Assembly: GCF_032444005.1 (NCBI RefSeq)
Contig: NC_091288.1
Location: forward strand, 201,686,001-201,750,000
Length of the DNA: 64,000 nucleotides
Source: Ranitomeya imitator
Lineage: Eukaryota
Direction of reading: 5' to 3'
Positions 28,967 to 41,952 of the stretch are shown piece after piece. Every line of letters starts with the position of its first letter. Position 1 is the stretch's first letter. A program made the position numbers and the translations under genes. A model generated the notes under the pieces. The model ran no database searches. It had not been told where the DNA came from and worked only from the letters and a program-made list of their open reading frames with translations.

Positions 28967-29049
28967 CTAGGGTGAGACAGAGACACCTTGTATGAGAACA
29001 GTTCCTGCATCAAAGCTCTAATACTTATAACACAATTACAGAATATAAA

Positions 29050-29730
29050 CCAATCGAGAACAACAAAGGAACAATATGATCTAAAGTGTAAATTTATTAT
29101 AAATCACAAATAATACAAACAACAGTATCATAAATATTAAATAAAAAAAACAAAACATACACATATAAGAAGTACATGCAAAAAAAGTGTTGCCTAAAAA
29201 GGGGACTGGCTGCAGATCAAGAAAAAAAAAAAAGGATTGGGGCCACACATCTATAAGAATTTCCTTTTAAAATAACATTTCTTGGCAATCGAGGAGACAA
29301 CAGGAAAAATCTCTGTGAAATACCATATACTACTAGAGGTGCAGAAAAGGTATAGATCATAGAGCCACAGTGCAGTTATACCCTACAAAGCAGTAACATA
29401 TCATGTAAATAGAACAACATCAGTAAGACTGAAAATTACCTGCAGTCATAATGCAACCTAGATGTGTGGTCCACCAGCGCACCTCAACGCGCGTTTCACC
29501 GCCTCTGCAGTTTCGTCTGCAGGTAATTTTCCTGCTGTCTCCTTGATGGTCATGAGATGTTATTTTAACAAGAAATTCTTATAGATGTATGGCCCAGTCT
29601 TTTTTTATTGATTTGCAGCCAGTCCCCTTTTTAGGCACACTTTTTTGCATGATATATATATATTGTTTGTGATTTATAATACATTTACACTTTAGATCAT
29701 ATTGTTCCTTCGTTGTTCACGATTGGCTTA
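29050..29730. repeat. Long imperfect inverted repeat (arms about 29050-29285 and 29555-29730), Penelope-derived
   Basis: Arms match by eye; the spacer holds a degenerate hammerhead on the minus strand. Confidence 0.6.
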
Positions 29731-30321
29731 TGGTTTATATTGAAGAGATTACTACATGATCATAAGTGAGGTATACTCCTTTGGATTTTCAATTAAAGAA
29801 TATGGCGGAAATGTCAGAACATCAGTAACTATAAATCCAAAGGAGGAAGAAGAAAAAACAAAACAAAAAAATCAGCAACACTTACGTTATGTGTTAGTTA
29901 GTCCTTTATTTTCAATATAAGTTCATTGACAAGTTAATAAGGGCAGGGACAGTGTAAGAAAAAGGACGGCTGTGTATAACGCGAAACGGCCGTCGTCCTT
30001 ATACTTGCACTGTCCCTGCCCTTATTACCTTGTCCATGAACTTATATTGGAAATAAAGGACTAAGGTTTCTTTGTCACATAACGGAAGTGTTGCTGCTTT
30101 TTTTTTTCTTCCTTTGGATTTATCTACATGTTTTATTTCTGGCAAGGACCCTCCATCAAGTGACTTCACTCCCAAAATGTGCCAATGATTCAGAGTGTAT
30201 CTCTCCATACCAGTAAGTAACTCATTATATTTATCTCAGTGCCATTCATTTTTTCTTCTCTTTGGACATCAGTAACTATGTTTAGAACAGGAGTCCCCAA
30301 CCCATTTGCCCAATGCAGTGG

Positions 30322-30527
30322 CACATCAGCCATAGAGAGGGGCGGCCATAACATCAGCCATACAGAGGGGCAGCCACCACATCAGCCATAGAGAGGGGCG
30401 GTCACCACTTCAGCCAAAGAGAGGGGCGGTCACCACATCAGCCACACAGAGGGGCGGCCATCACATCAGCCATACAGAGGGGCAGCCACCACATCAGCCA
30501 CAGAGAGGGGCGGCCATCACATCAGCC

Positions 30528-30530
<3 letters not shown>
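30322..30530 (+). repeat. 28-bp minisatellite (CACATCAGCCATAGAGAGGGGCGGCCAT), about 7 units, resuming at 31584-31622
   Basis: CATCAGCC at 30324, 30352, 30380... Confidence 0.9.
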
Positions 30531-30558
<28 letters not shown>

Positions 30559-31583
30559 ATTTATATAGCGCCAACATATTCCGCAGCGCTTTACAAATTA
30601 TAGAGGGGACTTGTACAGACAATAGACATTACAGCATAACAAAAATCACAGTTCAAAATAGATACCAAGAGGAATGAGCATGACCAGCTCTACCCTCGCC
30701 TACTGTATCCTCACCCATCCCTTGTAGATTGTGAGCCCTCGCGGGCAGGGTCCTCTCCTCCTGTACCAGTTGTGACTTGTATTGTTTAAGATTATTGTAC
30801 TTGTTTTCATTATGTATACCCCTCCTCACATGTAAAGCGCCATGGAATAAATGGCGCTATAACAATAAATAATAATAATAATAATAATAATGAGGGCCCT
30901 GCTCGCAAGTTTACAAACTATGAGGAAAAGGGGAGACACGAGAGGTGGATGGTAACAATTGCTTTAGTTATTCGGACCGGCCATAGTGTAAGGCTCGGGT
31001 GTTCATGTAAAGCTGCATGAACCAGATAACTGCCTCAGTATGTAGCAGTACAGACACAGAGGGCTATTAACTGCATAAAGTGAATGAGAACATGATGCGA
31101 GGAACCTGATTGTTTTTTTTTTTTCTTTTTGAATGGGCCACACAGGGATAGTTAGGTTAATGCGTTGATGTGGTAGGCCAATTTAGTTTTTAGGGCACGC
31201 TTAAAACTGTGGGGATTGGGGGATTAATCCTTTTAACCTGGGTAATGAATTCCAAAGAATCGGCGCAGCACGTGTAAAGTGTTGGAGACGGGAATGGGAG
31301 GTTCTGATTATTGAGGATGCTAACCTGAGGTCATTAGCGGAGCGGAGGGCACGGGTAGGGTGGTAGACTGATACCAGGGAGGAGATGTAGGGTGGTGCTG
31401 AGCCATGGAGTGCTTTGTGGATGAGGGTAGTAGTTTTGTACTGGATTCTGGAGTGGATGGGTAACCAGTGTAATGACTGGCACAAGGTAGAGGCATCGGT
31501 GTAACGGTTGGTGAGGAATATGATCCTGGCTGCAGCATTCAGGACAGATTGGAGCGGGGAGAGTTTTGTAAGAGGGAGGCCAA
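30530..31583 (-). mobile_element. 5'-truncated L2 LINE with (ATT)n tail, containing a second L2 3' end (+, 30679-30895, TSD AATGAG)
   Basis: LHWLPIHSRIQYK...AAPILWNSLP is an L2 RT C-terminal motif. Confidence 0.85.
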
Positions 31584-31658
31584 GTGGCGGTCACCACATC
31601 AGCCACACAGAGGGGCGGTCAGGCACATTTATCTACATATAGTCGCTCTTTAGCTCAC

Positions 31659-31769
31659 CGTACAGTGGGGACAAACGAATCCGCTCATGTTCTCCACTAT
31701 CCCAACCACCGGAAGCGCCATCTTCCTGCAAAACGTCAGTTCACGTCTCACATCTCCAATAGATACTGC
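31659..31769 (-). CDS. NUBP2: NUBP2 exon 5
   Basis: [37 protein letters not shown]; 111 nt. Confidence 0.96.
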
Positions 31770-32889
31770 CTGAAATAACATGGATGTCAAGAGAAAACCC
31801 AACACAGAGAATATCACATCCATGAGGACTATATGGGGAATCTAGTGCGTTCAATAGGACAAAAATTACTTTGTAAGAGCAGCAACGTTAAGAGATATGC
31901 TCTTCTGTGACCCCTCTGAATACTTTATTTTTTTTTTTGGGGGGGGGGTGGGGATTGATTGTGGCAATTAATGTGTGACCCGGCTCTGTCCACTTCTATG
32001 GGAGCAGTGGTGTAATGTGCGACCCCATGCGCTATATATCAATGGGAGTAGTAATATAGTGGACGGAGCGGTGTCAGACACTACATATTGTGCATCTAAT
32101 CCCATCCTGTGTGATACACTAACTTCATTTAGCCTTGTATCTAATCGCCACATGAGATACACTCCTGGTATCTAACCCCAGCTTATGATACAGGGAGACG
32201 GTGATGCCGTCCTTCCACTGTACTTGTCAGTATCACTTTGCAGTCACCAACAAAAAGGCTCTGCACCCAGAAGGGGAGGAGACAAGTGACATCACACGTG
32301 ACCAGACCCCGCCCACATTTAATGCAGTCTTATTGTGAGCTAGCACTACACTAGGTTTTCATGGCAAATTTCAGCAGTTGCTCCCCCTAATGTTTAAAAG
32401 TGGAAAAAACAAACCTTTTAATATTTTTTTCATGTTTTTTCATCATGAAAAACAAATTATATTATTTAGAAAAAAAAAAAAACCTTAATACTGTACATTG
32501 GCTCAATTGTTGCAAAGACGTGTTTTTTTATGGCACCTTCCCCTTAACCAATAAACAACCTCTATTCAATGTCCCTAATGTGGCGAGTAAAATAAATAAT
32601 GATAACAATAGTTAAATCCTGCAGCAGCGTCACTTCTCTACTCCGAGCACTGAGTGATCTTAGGAGATTGTTTATATCAGGCGAGCGCTGCAGGCCTCCT
32701 GCCACCGCTGATAATATAGGTAACGTGAGCGCTGCAGCCCATCAGCCGCTGCGGACAGTTCATAGGGGCACAGCCTTTCTCTGCATGGCACACTTTTGGG
32801 CTTTTTCTGCACTACAGTAGAAAAAGTTGCTAGCTCAGGTCATTAAAAAAACAACAAATAAAAAAAAAGAAAAAAGGAAGAAGACGTAC

Positions 32890-33044
32890 CTGAGGAGTGG
32901 TAACCAATATAGCTCCCATTGGGTTGAAAGGCCTCAATGCATCCACAGTGGAGATGTGCTCATCGGAGGTTCCCGGTGGAGTGTCGATAATAAGAAAATC
33001 CAAATCCCCCCAGGCCACATCACACACAAATTGTTTTATCAGTG
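32890..33044 (-). CDS. NUBP2: NUBP2 exon 4
   Basis: [29 protein letters not shown]...VTTPQ; 155 nt. Confidence 0.97.
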
Positions 33045-33226
33045 CTAGATGAGGAAGAGACACAATAGACCTTGATATTATTGTGAAATATCGAGGAGAT
33101 GCAAGAAATGCAGCATATTGTGCAGATTAAGACTGAATTGACATTACATTTCAGAACATCTGAAAACATCCAGCAAATAATTCGACATACCCTTTGATTA
33201 TACATTACTAAGAGTTATGTCCCAAA

Positions 33227-33482
33227 ATATAATTATTATTCTTTACTTATATAGCGCTATCTTATTCCTCAGTGCTTTACACACATTATCATCGCTCACT
33301 TTTTAGATTCCCTATCAGTATGTCTTTGGAGTGTGGGAGGGAAACGAAGAACCCGGAGGAAACCCACGCAAACACGGAGAGAACATACAAACTCTTTGCA
33401 GGTGTTGTCCTTGGTGGGGTTTGAACCCAGGACCCCAGCGCTGCACGGCTGTTGTGCCAACCACTGCGCCGCCGTGCTGCCC
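33227..33482 (-). mobile_element. tRNA-derived SINE
   Basis: GGGCAGCACGGCGGCGCAGTGGTT head on minus; similar copy at 41665-41952. Confidence 0.7.
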
Positions 33483-33807
33483 TATATATAAATAAAAGAA
33501 TGCGTTCACACTGGACTGAGTACGCTGTTAAACCACTGCCAATCAGCAACATTTTTGCACGTCGGCAGTCATTTAATTTGCTGTTTATACAGGGAGACCT
33601 TGCTTCTGATGAGCACAGAGCTGTCAGTAACAGATTGTTCCGTGTACATAGGCTGGTGTAGACAATATGCTGCCAAGAACAATATTTTATGCTACCAATT
33701 TCATGTGTCAAACAAGCGGTTTCCTGATTTGCTGGCTGATCAGCAGCCCGTTTACAGTGCCCGATTATCGGGATCATACAAAAATAATCGTGCAGTGGGA
33801 ATACATC

Positions 33808-33981
33808 CCTTGTAGATTGTGAGCCCTCGCGGGCAGGGTCCTCTCTCCTCCTGTACCAGTTGTGACTTGTATTGTTCAAGATTATTGTACTTGTTTTATG
33901 TATACCTCTCCTCACATGTAAAGCGCCATGGAATAAAATGGCACTATAATAATAAATAATAATAATAATAATAATAATAAT
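33808..33981 (+). mobile_element. L2 3' end with (AAT)n tail
   Basis: Nearly identical to 30720-30890. Confidence 0.8.
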
Positions 33982-35287
33982 ATCCTATTCTCAATTTGTG
34001 ATGTCCTGAAAGTTTTCTAAGAGCATTATAATGTTATATACAGCCCTGGTTATAAAAGGAGTCGCCCCCCCCTCAAGTGTATTTTCAAGCAGATTACACT
34101 TCAAAAGTATAAATACTCATCAACGACTCTAAAAAGAGGTTACGGTATTCAACATTTCTGTGAAAAAACACAACGGTTTGTGCAGACGGTGCTGCTTTGT
34201 TTTTGTTTTTTTATTTCTACATGGAGATAAAGCAACATATCAATTTTTGAGGCATTTTAGACAGGGGGGGGGGAAACAAAAGTTAAAAAATTTGCTTAGG
34301 ATATGTACACAGAGAGCACAATTCAGCATTCCCTCCTCCCCCCTCATTTCCTTGTAGATTGTAAGCTTGCGAGCAGGGACCTCACCCCTAATGTCACTGT
34401 TTAAATTGTCTTAACTCGTACCAAATATATTGTCTGTACATGTCCCCGCTTAATTGTAAAGTGCTGCGGGATATGTTGGCGTTATATAAATAATTATTAT
34501 TATATTATTATTGTTCACGTTGGTCTCGATGAATTTGTGTGCTGGAGTAAGACATTCCTCCGTATGAATCTGGAAGGTCTGACGAGCGGTGTGCACATCG
34601 TGTGCATCGCCAGAAATCTCACTCCAATCAGGGACTGGAGTAAGACTTTTGGCATATGGAAGTGCCAGTGCTTGTCGTCAATTAGACGATCTGTGGTGTC
34701 ACACCCTGATGCGCTCCACCCTCCTGCCCCATTTCCGCCAATTTTGGCAGAGCAGGAAGAAACTGACATGAAAATACAAAATATAGGACTACGGGTTGCA
34801 CTTAAATTTTGCAACTTTTCAAAACTTTTACGCCAAAATTCTGGCATGAAAGCTGTAATAAATCAGGCTCTGAATCTTTTTGTTGAAGTTTTTGGAGTGG
34901 AAAATGAAAGTTTTTGAAACATATTTGGAGTTTCTGTTCCAAAAATTCGGTAAGGCTGAGTGTCCACATACCCTGGGAATCAGGGAAGAAAAACTTCCAA
35001 AAGAGCATGTAAAAACGGACCAAAAACTACTAGAGGTTCTTGAGGCAGATTGTCTGCAAGAAAAATCCTCATAAAAACTGTGATCATACCCTTACTTAAT
35101 TCCAGCATGGCTGCTCTGATGGGCTATGCCATTATTGCAATGATGACATCCTGAACAGCATTCACTTGAACGCTGCAGCCAATCACTTGCATGTAGTCAC
35201 CACAGCTTTATTACAGAAACATTGGAGACCACTGAAGCATCAGACTTGAATCAGTGAGGGTTTTAACAGGTGACAAATATGAGTAAC

Positions 35288-35686
35288 GGGACCGTCTCAA
35301 AGTGGCACTTTGGTCGCTACGACGGCACGAATCGTGACGTTCCAGCGATATCCTTACGATCTCGCTGTGTCTGACACGCTCCTGCGATCAGGGACCCCAC
35401 TGAGAATCGTACGTCGTAGCAGATCGTTTTAAGCTTTCGTCGTCAAGTGTCCCGCTGTGGCGGCATGATCACATGGTGTAATAAAGGTGTGCACGATATT
35501 GTATACGATGTGCGCATAGTAACCAACGGCTTCTACATCGCACATACGTCATGAAATTATCGCTCCAGCGTCGTACATTGCAAAGTGTGACAGCAGTCTA
35601 CGACGCTGGAGCGATATTGTTACGATGCTGGAGCGTCACGGATCGTGCCGTCGTAGCGATCAAAATGCCACTGTGTGACGGTACCC
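35288..35686. mobile_element. Palindromic MITE
   Basis: GGGACCGTC...GACGGTACCC termini and internal inverted symmetry. Confidence 0.65.
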
Positions 35687-36069
35687 TAAGTCACAAGGAT
35701 CCTATGTGGGCAGGTCCCTATGTTACTAATTTTGCCGCCGCAAATTCATTGCAGATTACATGTGAATTGTGCGGTGGATTTAACACAAAGTTCTCTCAGT
35801 ATTACCAGCGGTGAAAATCTGCAACAGAAATGGAAATGCAGAGTCCGTTTCCAGGCAGATAATCTGTGATCACCTACAAATTTTACATGCACAAACATGT
35901 AGGTTAAAATCTGTGGCTTTCTGTCCCGGGGGCACCTGTGCCGAGTGTGCAGTCCTATGTCTATGAATGTAAGATCTCCTGCTGCGTATACTAAAGAGGG
36001 AACGGATTTATCTACACAGTGAAATCGAGCGTAACAATCTACAATGAGGAAGTATAGGAAGCTCCATAC

Positions 36070-36268
36070 CGTTCTTCTTAGGTCCCCTCCACACCACAGC
36101 ATCGTCAGGGCGCTCCAGCAGAAAACCAATAGACATGAGTGATACACTCTTCTCCTGGTCCACGTACACCGGGACCCAGCCACTGTCACACTGATGGACG
36201 TCCTGACCCTGAGCATTCAGCATGCGGGGTATACTGGGCCCGCACAGATCTACATCCAGTAAGCCAAC
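36070..36268 (-). CDS. NUBP2: NUBP2 exon 3
   Basis: [21 protein letters not shown]...VVWRGPKKN; 199 nt. Confidence 0.97.
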
Positions 36269-36837
36269 CTACAAATAAACCCATAGGTCAGCCATGTTAT
36301 ATCACAGTGCAGGGACGTACTCAATGTTGTAATCAGGGTTACCTGGTTAAGGGCCACTCAGAAGCCCTAGCTACACACCTGCCATGCTCAAAAGAGTCAG
36401 AAATAATCTGATTGTCCAGATCATCTCTAGCTAAATATATGTTCGCTCCTTCTTTCGTCTCACTTTCGTGAAAATTCTGCCTTGTGCCAGTTTCATTTTT
36501 GTCCCCATATTTCAGCCAAGTGTCCTGGTCCAAATGCAGGTTTAATGGGTCAAAGTGACAACATCATAGATTCCTATAGCGGTGTCATTTCAGGTCACTG
36601 ATCCCACGGTCAGGTCAGGACACTCTGCCACCAATCTGCTTGTGATATATGAGAGATATAAAACAAGCTGGTGTCTGGGCATTACCTGCCTGGCAGCCCC
36701 ATCAAATCGACTATGGTGGATACTGATAACATAAGGATACACAAGAATGCTCATTGCAACCAGACGAGGCTCAAAGCTACACTGCATCGGGTAAACGCCA
36801 AGTGGGAAAACTGCATATGGTGCTATACGACACTCGC

Positions 36838-36956
36838 CTTCTTCCCAGCTTGCCGCAATGCCAATGCAATCTGAGTGGAGATGGTACTTTTGCCAACACC
36901 TCCTTTTCCAGACAAAACCAGGATAATATGCCGCACACCAGCAAGATTACTGCCAC
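36838..36956 (-). CDS. NUBP2: NUBP2 exon 2 (deviant Walker [10 protein letters not shown]); GC donor
   Basis: [39 protein letters not shown]; 119 nt; AAG|GCGAGT. Confidence 0.95.
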
Positions 36957-37270
36957 CTGTAAGGAGACATATATAGACAAATATATTAGAGCTTCAAGAT
37001 ATTAATTCTGCAAAGGTGGATAATAAAACCTAATTTTATTCAAATAAAAAGAAAATAAAATTGCAGTTACCCCAAGTTAACACTACCAGTATTTGGTCAG
37101 TATTTTACATCAGTATTTTTAAGCCAAAACCAGGAGTGGGTGATAAATGCAGAAGTGGTGACGTGTTTCTATTATATTTTTACTCTGATTGTTCTGCTGA
37201 TTTTTGGCTTATAAATACGGTTATAAAATAATGACCAAATAATGAATGTGTGAACATGGCAAAACACTTA

Positions 37271-37634
37271 GGGTATGTGCACACGTTGCAGATTTTGCTG
37301 CGGATCCGCAACAGATTGGCCGCTGCAGATTCACAGCAGTTTTCCATGAGTTTACAGTACCATGTAAACCTATGGAAAACAAAATCCGCAGTGCACATGC
37401 TGCGGGGAAAAAAATGCGCGGAAACGCTGCATTGTTTATTCCCCAGAATTTCAATTATTTGTGCGGATTCCGCAGCAGTTTACACCTGCTCCATAATAGG
37501 AATCCGCAGGTGTAAAGCCGCAGTGGAATCCATACAAAAAAAACGTAGTAATTCCGCAGTGTGGTTTACCTGCGGGTTTACCAAAATCGGTCCGGAAAAA
37601 TCCGCACAACTTTCCGCAATGTGTGCACGTGGCC
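37271..37634. mobile_element. TTAA-type MITE
   Basis: GGGTATGTGCACAC...GTGTGCACGTGGCC then TTAA; related copy at 45690-46035. Confidence 0.7.
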
Positions 37635-37718
37635 TTAAAATCCCTTCAATAACACATTGACCGGTCCAGGAATTTTATTTGATTACAACTTACCCTACAG
37701 AATTGCTATTTTAGTTAC

Positions 37719-38029
37719 TAGTGATGAGCGAGTGTACTCGGTGCTCGGGTTTTTCAGAGCACGCTCGGGTGATCTCTGAGTATTTGTGACTGCTCGGAGA
37801 TTTAGTTTTCATCGCCGCAGCTGGAGGATTTGTGGCTACTACCCAGCTTGATTACATGTGGGGATTCCCTAGCAACCAGGCAACCCCCACATGTACTTAT
37901 GCTGGCTAACAGCCATACATCATCCAGTTGTGGCCATGGAAACTAAATCTCCGAGCAGTCACAAACACTCGGAGATCACCCGAGCGTGCTCTGAAAAACC
38001 CGAGCAACGAGTACACTCGCTCATCAGTA
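37719..38029. mobile_element. Palindromic MITE
   Basis: TAGTGATGAGCGAGTGTAC...GTACACTCGCTCATCAGTA. Confidence 0.75.
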
Positions 38030-38400
38030 TTGGTTAGGGCAGAGTCATTTAATTACCGTGCCCTCTTTATTTCTATACAAAAATAAACATAATAATAATA
38101 AAAAAGCATTTAGGTATCACTGCACCTATAGAGGTCAGAGCTATCAAAATAGAAAGTTATTTAACCCATAACAAACACTGCCAGGCACCGCCTAATAAAG
38201 GATTGACACTGCCCCTTTAAGATAATAATTAGCGAATAATATGGAACAGTAGTAAACCAGCTTAAAGGAACAGATCAGCGACTCATCGTCACCGGTGATT
38301 ATACAATGTCTGGGCGGAGCGCTCCTTCTGCGGCCGGGAGCGGACACCAGCAGCCGCCTACTACAGGGAGAAGCTTCACAGAACAACAAGAGCAGCTCAC

Positions 38401-38416
38401 CAGGCGCGGGATCCAT
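38401..38416 (-). CDS. NUBP2: NUBP2 exon 1 (coding part, MDPAP-G); full CDS 813 nt, 270 aa
   Basis: ATGGATCCCGCGCCTG|GTGAGC; phases sum correctly over 7 exons. Confidence 0.88.
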
Positions 38417-38853
38417 GCTGCACAATCACTTCCGGGTACAACAAGACGGGCATCATCGTCCTCCAATCAGCAACAAGTACACAATTCAATTATCACACCA
38501 TTGGCTGATTCCACTAAAGAGTTGAAGAACGAAGGATTCTATTGGCGTAAACTACTTTAACCAATCAAATCTGAGATTATAGTCACGTGTTTTAAATAAC
38601 TAAACGCTAGAGAGGACGCGGTCTTGTGCTGTAAAAGGGCTTAGAGGAAACATCCAATCAGCATCAAGAACCGGCTCTCTTGTCCCGCCTATTGATCTTG
38701 ATTGGCAGAGCCAGCAGCTAATAGTGAATGACAGTTGAGTGATTGACGTGTTAGGCTGCCCAATCAGCGATGTTGCTGATCGTCGAAGGGGCCGACGGAG
38801 TTCAGGGGTTATTGTTGACGTCTGTGCGGCTGTGGCTCCGGGCAGTAAGGCAG
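38417..38853. promoter_or_regulatory. Bidirectional NUBP2/SPSB3 promoter with several CCAAT boxes and TGACGT sites; probable non-coding SPSB3 exon 1 ending at 38853
   Basis: CCAAT/ATTGG near 38463, 38501, 38561, 38654, 38701, 38760; CAG|GTAGGT at 38853/4. Confidence 0.65.
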
Positions 38854-39035
38854 GTAGGTGTGAGGGTGAGCGAGGGAGGCGCTGCTCTGTGGTTACTAAG
38901 AATCCTGGGCTCAGGGGGAGTCCCGGGGGGTGATAGGAAGGGGGGAGGAGGTGATAGGAAGGGGGGAGGGGGTGCAGGTAGAGAGCAGAGGGGGGAGGCC
39001 ATTTGGTCACAGCTGTCTGAGCATAGGTGGGACGG

Positions 39036-39499
39036 GTTGTCATAGGGATCTGGGGGTCAAGGAGTGTTGTCATAGGGATCTGGGGGTCAATGAGTGTTGT
39101 CATAGGGATCTGGGGGTCAAGGAGTGTTGTCATAGGGATCTGGGGGTCAAGGAGTGTTGTCATAGGGATCTGGGGGTCAAGGAGTGTTGTCATAGGGATC
39201 TGGGGGTCAAGGAGTGTTGTCATAGGGATCTGGGGGTCAAGGAGTGTTGTCATAGGGATCTGGGGGTCAAGGAGTGTTGTCATAGGGATCTGGGGGTCAA
39301 GGAGTGTTGTCATAGGGATCTGGGGGTCAAGGAGTGTTGTCATAGGGATCTGGGGGTCAAGGAGTGTTGTCATAGGGATCTGGGGGTCAAGGAGTGTTGT
39401 CATGGGGATCTGGGGGTCAAGGAGTGTTGTCATAGGGATCTGGGGGTCAAGGAGTGTTGTCATAGGGATCTGGGGGTCAATGAGTGTTGTCATAGGGAT
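39036..39499 (+). repeat. 30-bp minisatellite (GTTGTCATAGGGATCTGGGGGTCAAGGAGT), about 15.5 units
   Basis: Near-perfect tandem units. Confidence 0.97.
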
Positions 39500-40960
39500 A
39501 TGAGTTCTCCATCTGTGGCACAGGAGCTGGTTCACTGCAGATCTGACAGTCTTACACTGGGGGGCCGCCTACATTACACTGATTCTCCGAAGGGGGCTGT
39601 AGCCCTAAAAAACCACGTTCACAGCCTCCTTTTTTATTTTCTCCTTATCTTCTATGGTGGAAAACAAGGATGCTATTGGATGCTGCCCGAGCTCTCAGAC
39701 CCTGTGTTCCTCCCTGAGATGAGGGGCGCCGATGATGCTGCCGCCGCTTATCTGGGGGATAAAGAATGGATCATAGCTTCTTTGGGGAATTCTCACAGCA
39801 GCTGCCATCTCTGTGCCCCCCGTATATCGGGAGAGGGACAGCGCCCCTGAACTAGGTTAATCGCCCTCCGTCTACACATGTTGCTTCCTATTGTAGGTTA
39901 TGGGAGCCGTGAAATGCTTGGATGCAACCATAGCACCCATCACCTTCAATGGAAGGAGCCAAATGTATACACAATCTGCTGAGTGGGGGAAAACTGAGAC
40001 CCCCATTCTCCAGATAGGGGAGGGATCTGCATATATTATACTTATGATACCCATCAATGTCTCATAAGCAAATTTGCTATTGGCAGTGAGTCAGTGGGAT
40101 CAGAAAAAGGTGGTGCACCCCTCATCTAAATATTGGGGAGCAAAAATGTCAGTTTGTTCCAGTGGGTGAATATCTGCAAGGTTCTGTTTGGCCACTAGAT
40201 GGCGCTGTGTTTCTCTGACTGGCACAGTGTCTAGGGAGACACAGCTGTTTTCCCTTGTCTCTTTATGACCAATGGGGGGGTCTGGTCTCTGGGACCCCAG
40301 ACAATCCCAGGACTGAATGGGACGCAGCTCTTTTAATGCTCATCTCTGATCATTGATGCACCTGCCATTTGTTGTCCAGCCCTAAGCAAGAGAATGGGGC
40401 TGCTGTACAGCCGGATGGCCAGATGAGCCTTAACCTTTCCCCGATATGTCCAACATCTGCATGCCACGATCAGAGTTGTTATAATCACTGGCTCAGTGGT
40501 TAGCGTTGTCGCTTTGCAGCACTGGAGTCTTGGATTCTAAATCCACCAAGAACAACATCTGCAAGACATTTGCATGTTCTTGGTGCTAGTAAAAAAGTGC
40601 TAGTGCTAGTAAAAAAACAAAAGGGCAAAAAGAGAAAAAAATCTGGCCATAACTGGAATGGATTAAAGTGGAGCAGCTTTACAGCAAAGCTGGAAACCTC
40701 TCATCCTCAGGATTGTTGGGGGTCTCATAACTCAGACATGAGCCCATCATAAAGTGATATCATGTCTTGGTGATATACCATCATTTTATCAAATGGGAAA
40801 ACTCGTTAATATTCTGTCAGTTGCACGTTAGCCACAGAATACAGTGGTGGATTGGAATGAAAGAGAATTATGCAAAACTATCAATCAGAATGTAATTGTT
40901 TAATATTTACATATACAATGTGTTGTGTTTTTTTTTTTCTTTCAGTCATCAATGCGTAAT

Positions 40961-41089
40961 ATGGCTCGTCGACCACGCAGCAGCCGTGCCTGGCACTTTG
41001 TATTAAGTGGGGTACGCAGAGACCAGGACACACGAGCACCCGCTCTGCCAGCAGGAGATGAAGCCTGGGGCTATGATTCTGACGGACAA
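40961..41089 (+). CDS. SPSB3: SPSB3 first coding exon
   Basis: [16 protein letters not shown]...WGYDSDGQ; acceptor at 40945. Confidence 0.95.
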
Positions 41090-41664
41090 GTAATCCACTC
41101 ACCTGTATTTCTATTTTCTCCATATTATACCATTGGCTTCATCTGAAACGGTTTTATGCAAAATTCTTACTGCTGCCTTTTTATCTGACGAAGGGGATTC
41201 CGCCAAAAAGTGTTATTTTTAGACAATAAGTATTTTCTACATGACCTTAGTGCAGATTCTTCGTTTAACCCTCCCGATTTTACTATTTGTGTAAACTTCC
41301 TTGCCATCATTAAACTCTTTACTTCTTATCAGCAAATTAAAAACATGATGTATAAAAAGACAATCACCAAAAATGATCCGCTCACCTAGGACTGGTTTGC
41401 GGATCCGATAGTTAGAATTCAGAGGGATGAGGAGTTAGAATTTTACACAAATCTACATTCAGCAAAATTTCAGATTTTTGTTATTCTCTACTGTGCGGAT
41501 TTAGGAAGATGACAGACGTTGGTCGCCATTTTTCTGTACGGAGAAAGGCTATCAAAATGTCAAAGTAAAAAAAAAAAAAAAAAAATCCTTATCCTCGCCT
41601 CACCATCCGATCCTCACCACGACTTCAGATTTCCATTGGCATGCACAGAACGCTCCCGGGTCTA

Positions 41665-41952
41665 GTAATAATAATAAATAATAATCTTTATTTTTATATA
41701 GCGCTAACATATTCCGCAGCGCTTTACAGTTTTGCACACATTATCATCACTGTCCCCGATGGGGCTCACAATCTAGAATCCCTATCAGTATGTCTTTGGA
41801 ATGTGGGAGGAAACCGGAGAACCCGGAGGAAACCCACGCAAACACGGAGAGAACATACAAACTCTTTGCAGATGTTGTCCTGGGTGGGATTAGAACCCAG
41901 GACCCCAGCGCTGCAAGGCTGCTGTGCTAACCACTGCGCCACCGTGCTGCCC
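41665..41952 (-). mobile_element. tRNA-derived SINE with (ATT)n tail
   Basis: GGGCAGCACGGTGGCGCAGTGGTTAGC head. Confidence 0.75.

Noticed and set aside
38600-39850. 311-, 306- and 158-aa ORFs
   Set aside because: Translations of the 30-bp minisatellite
41185-41215. CTGACGA motif as a hammerhead
   Set aside because: Lacks GAAA and the cleavage stem
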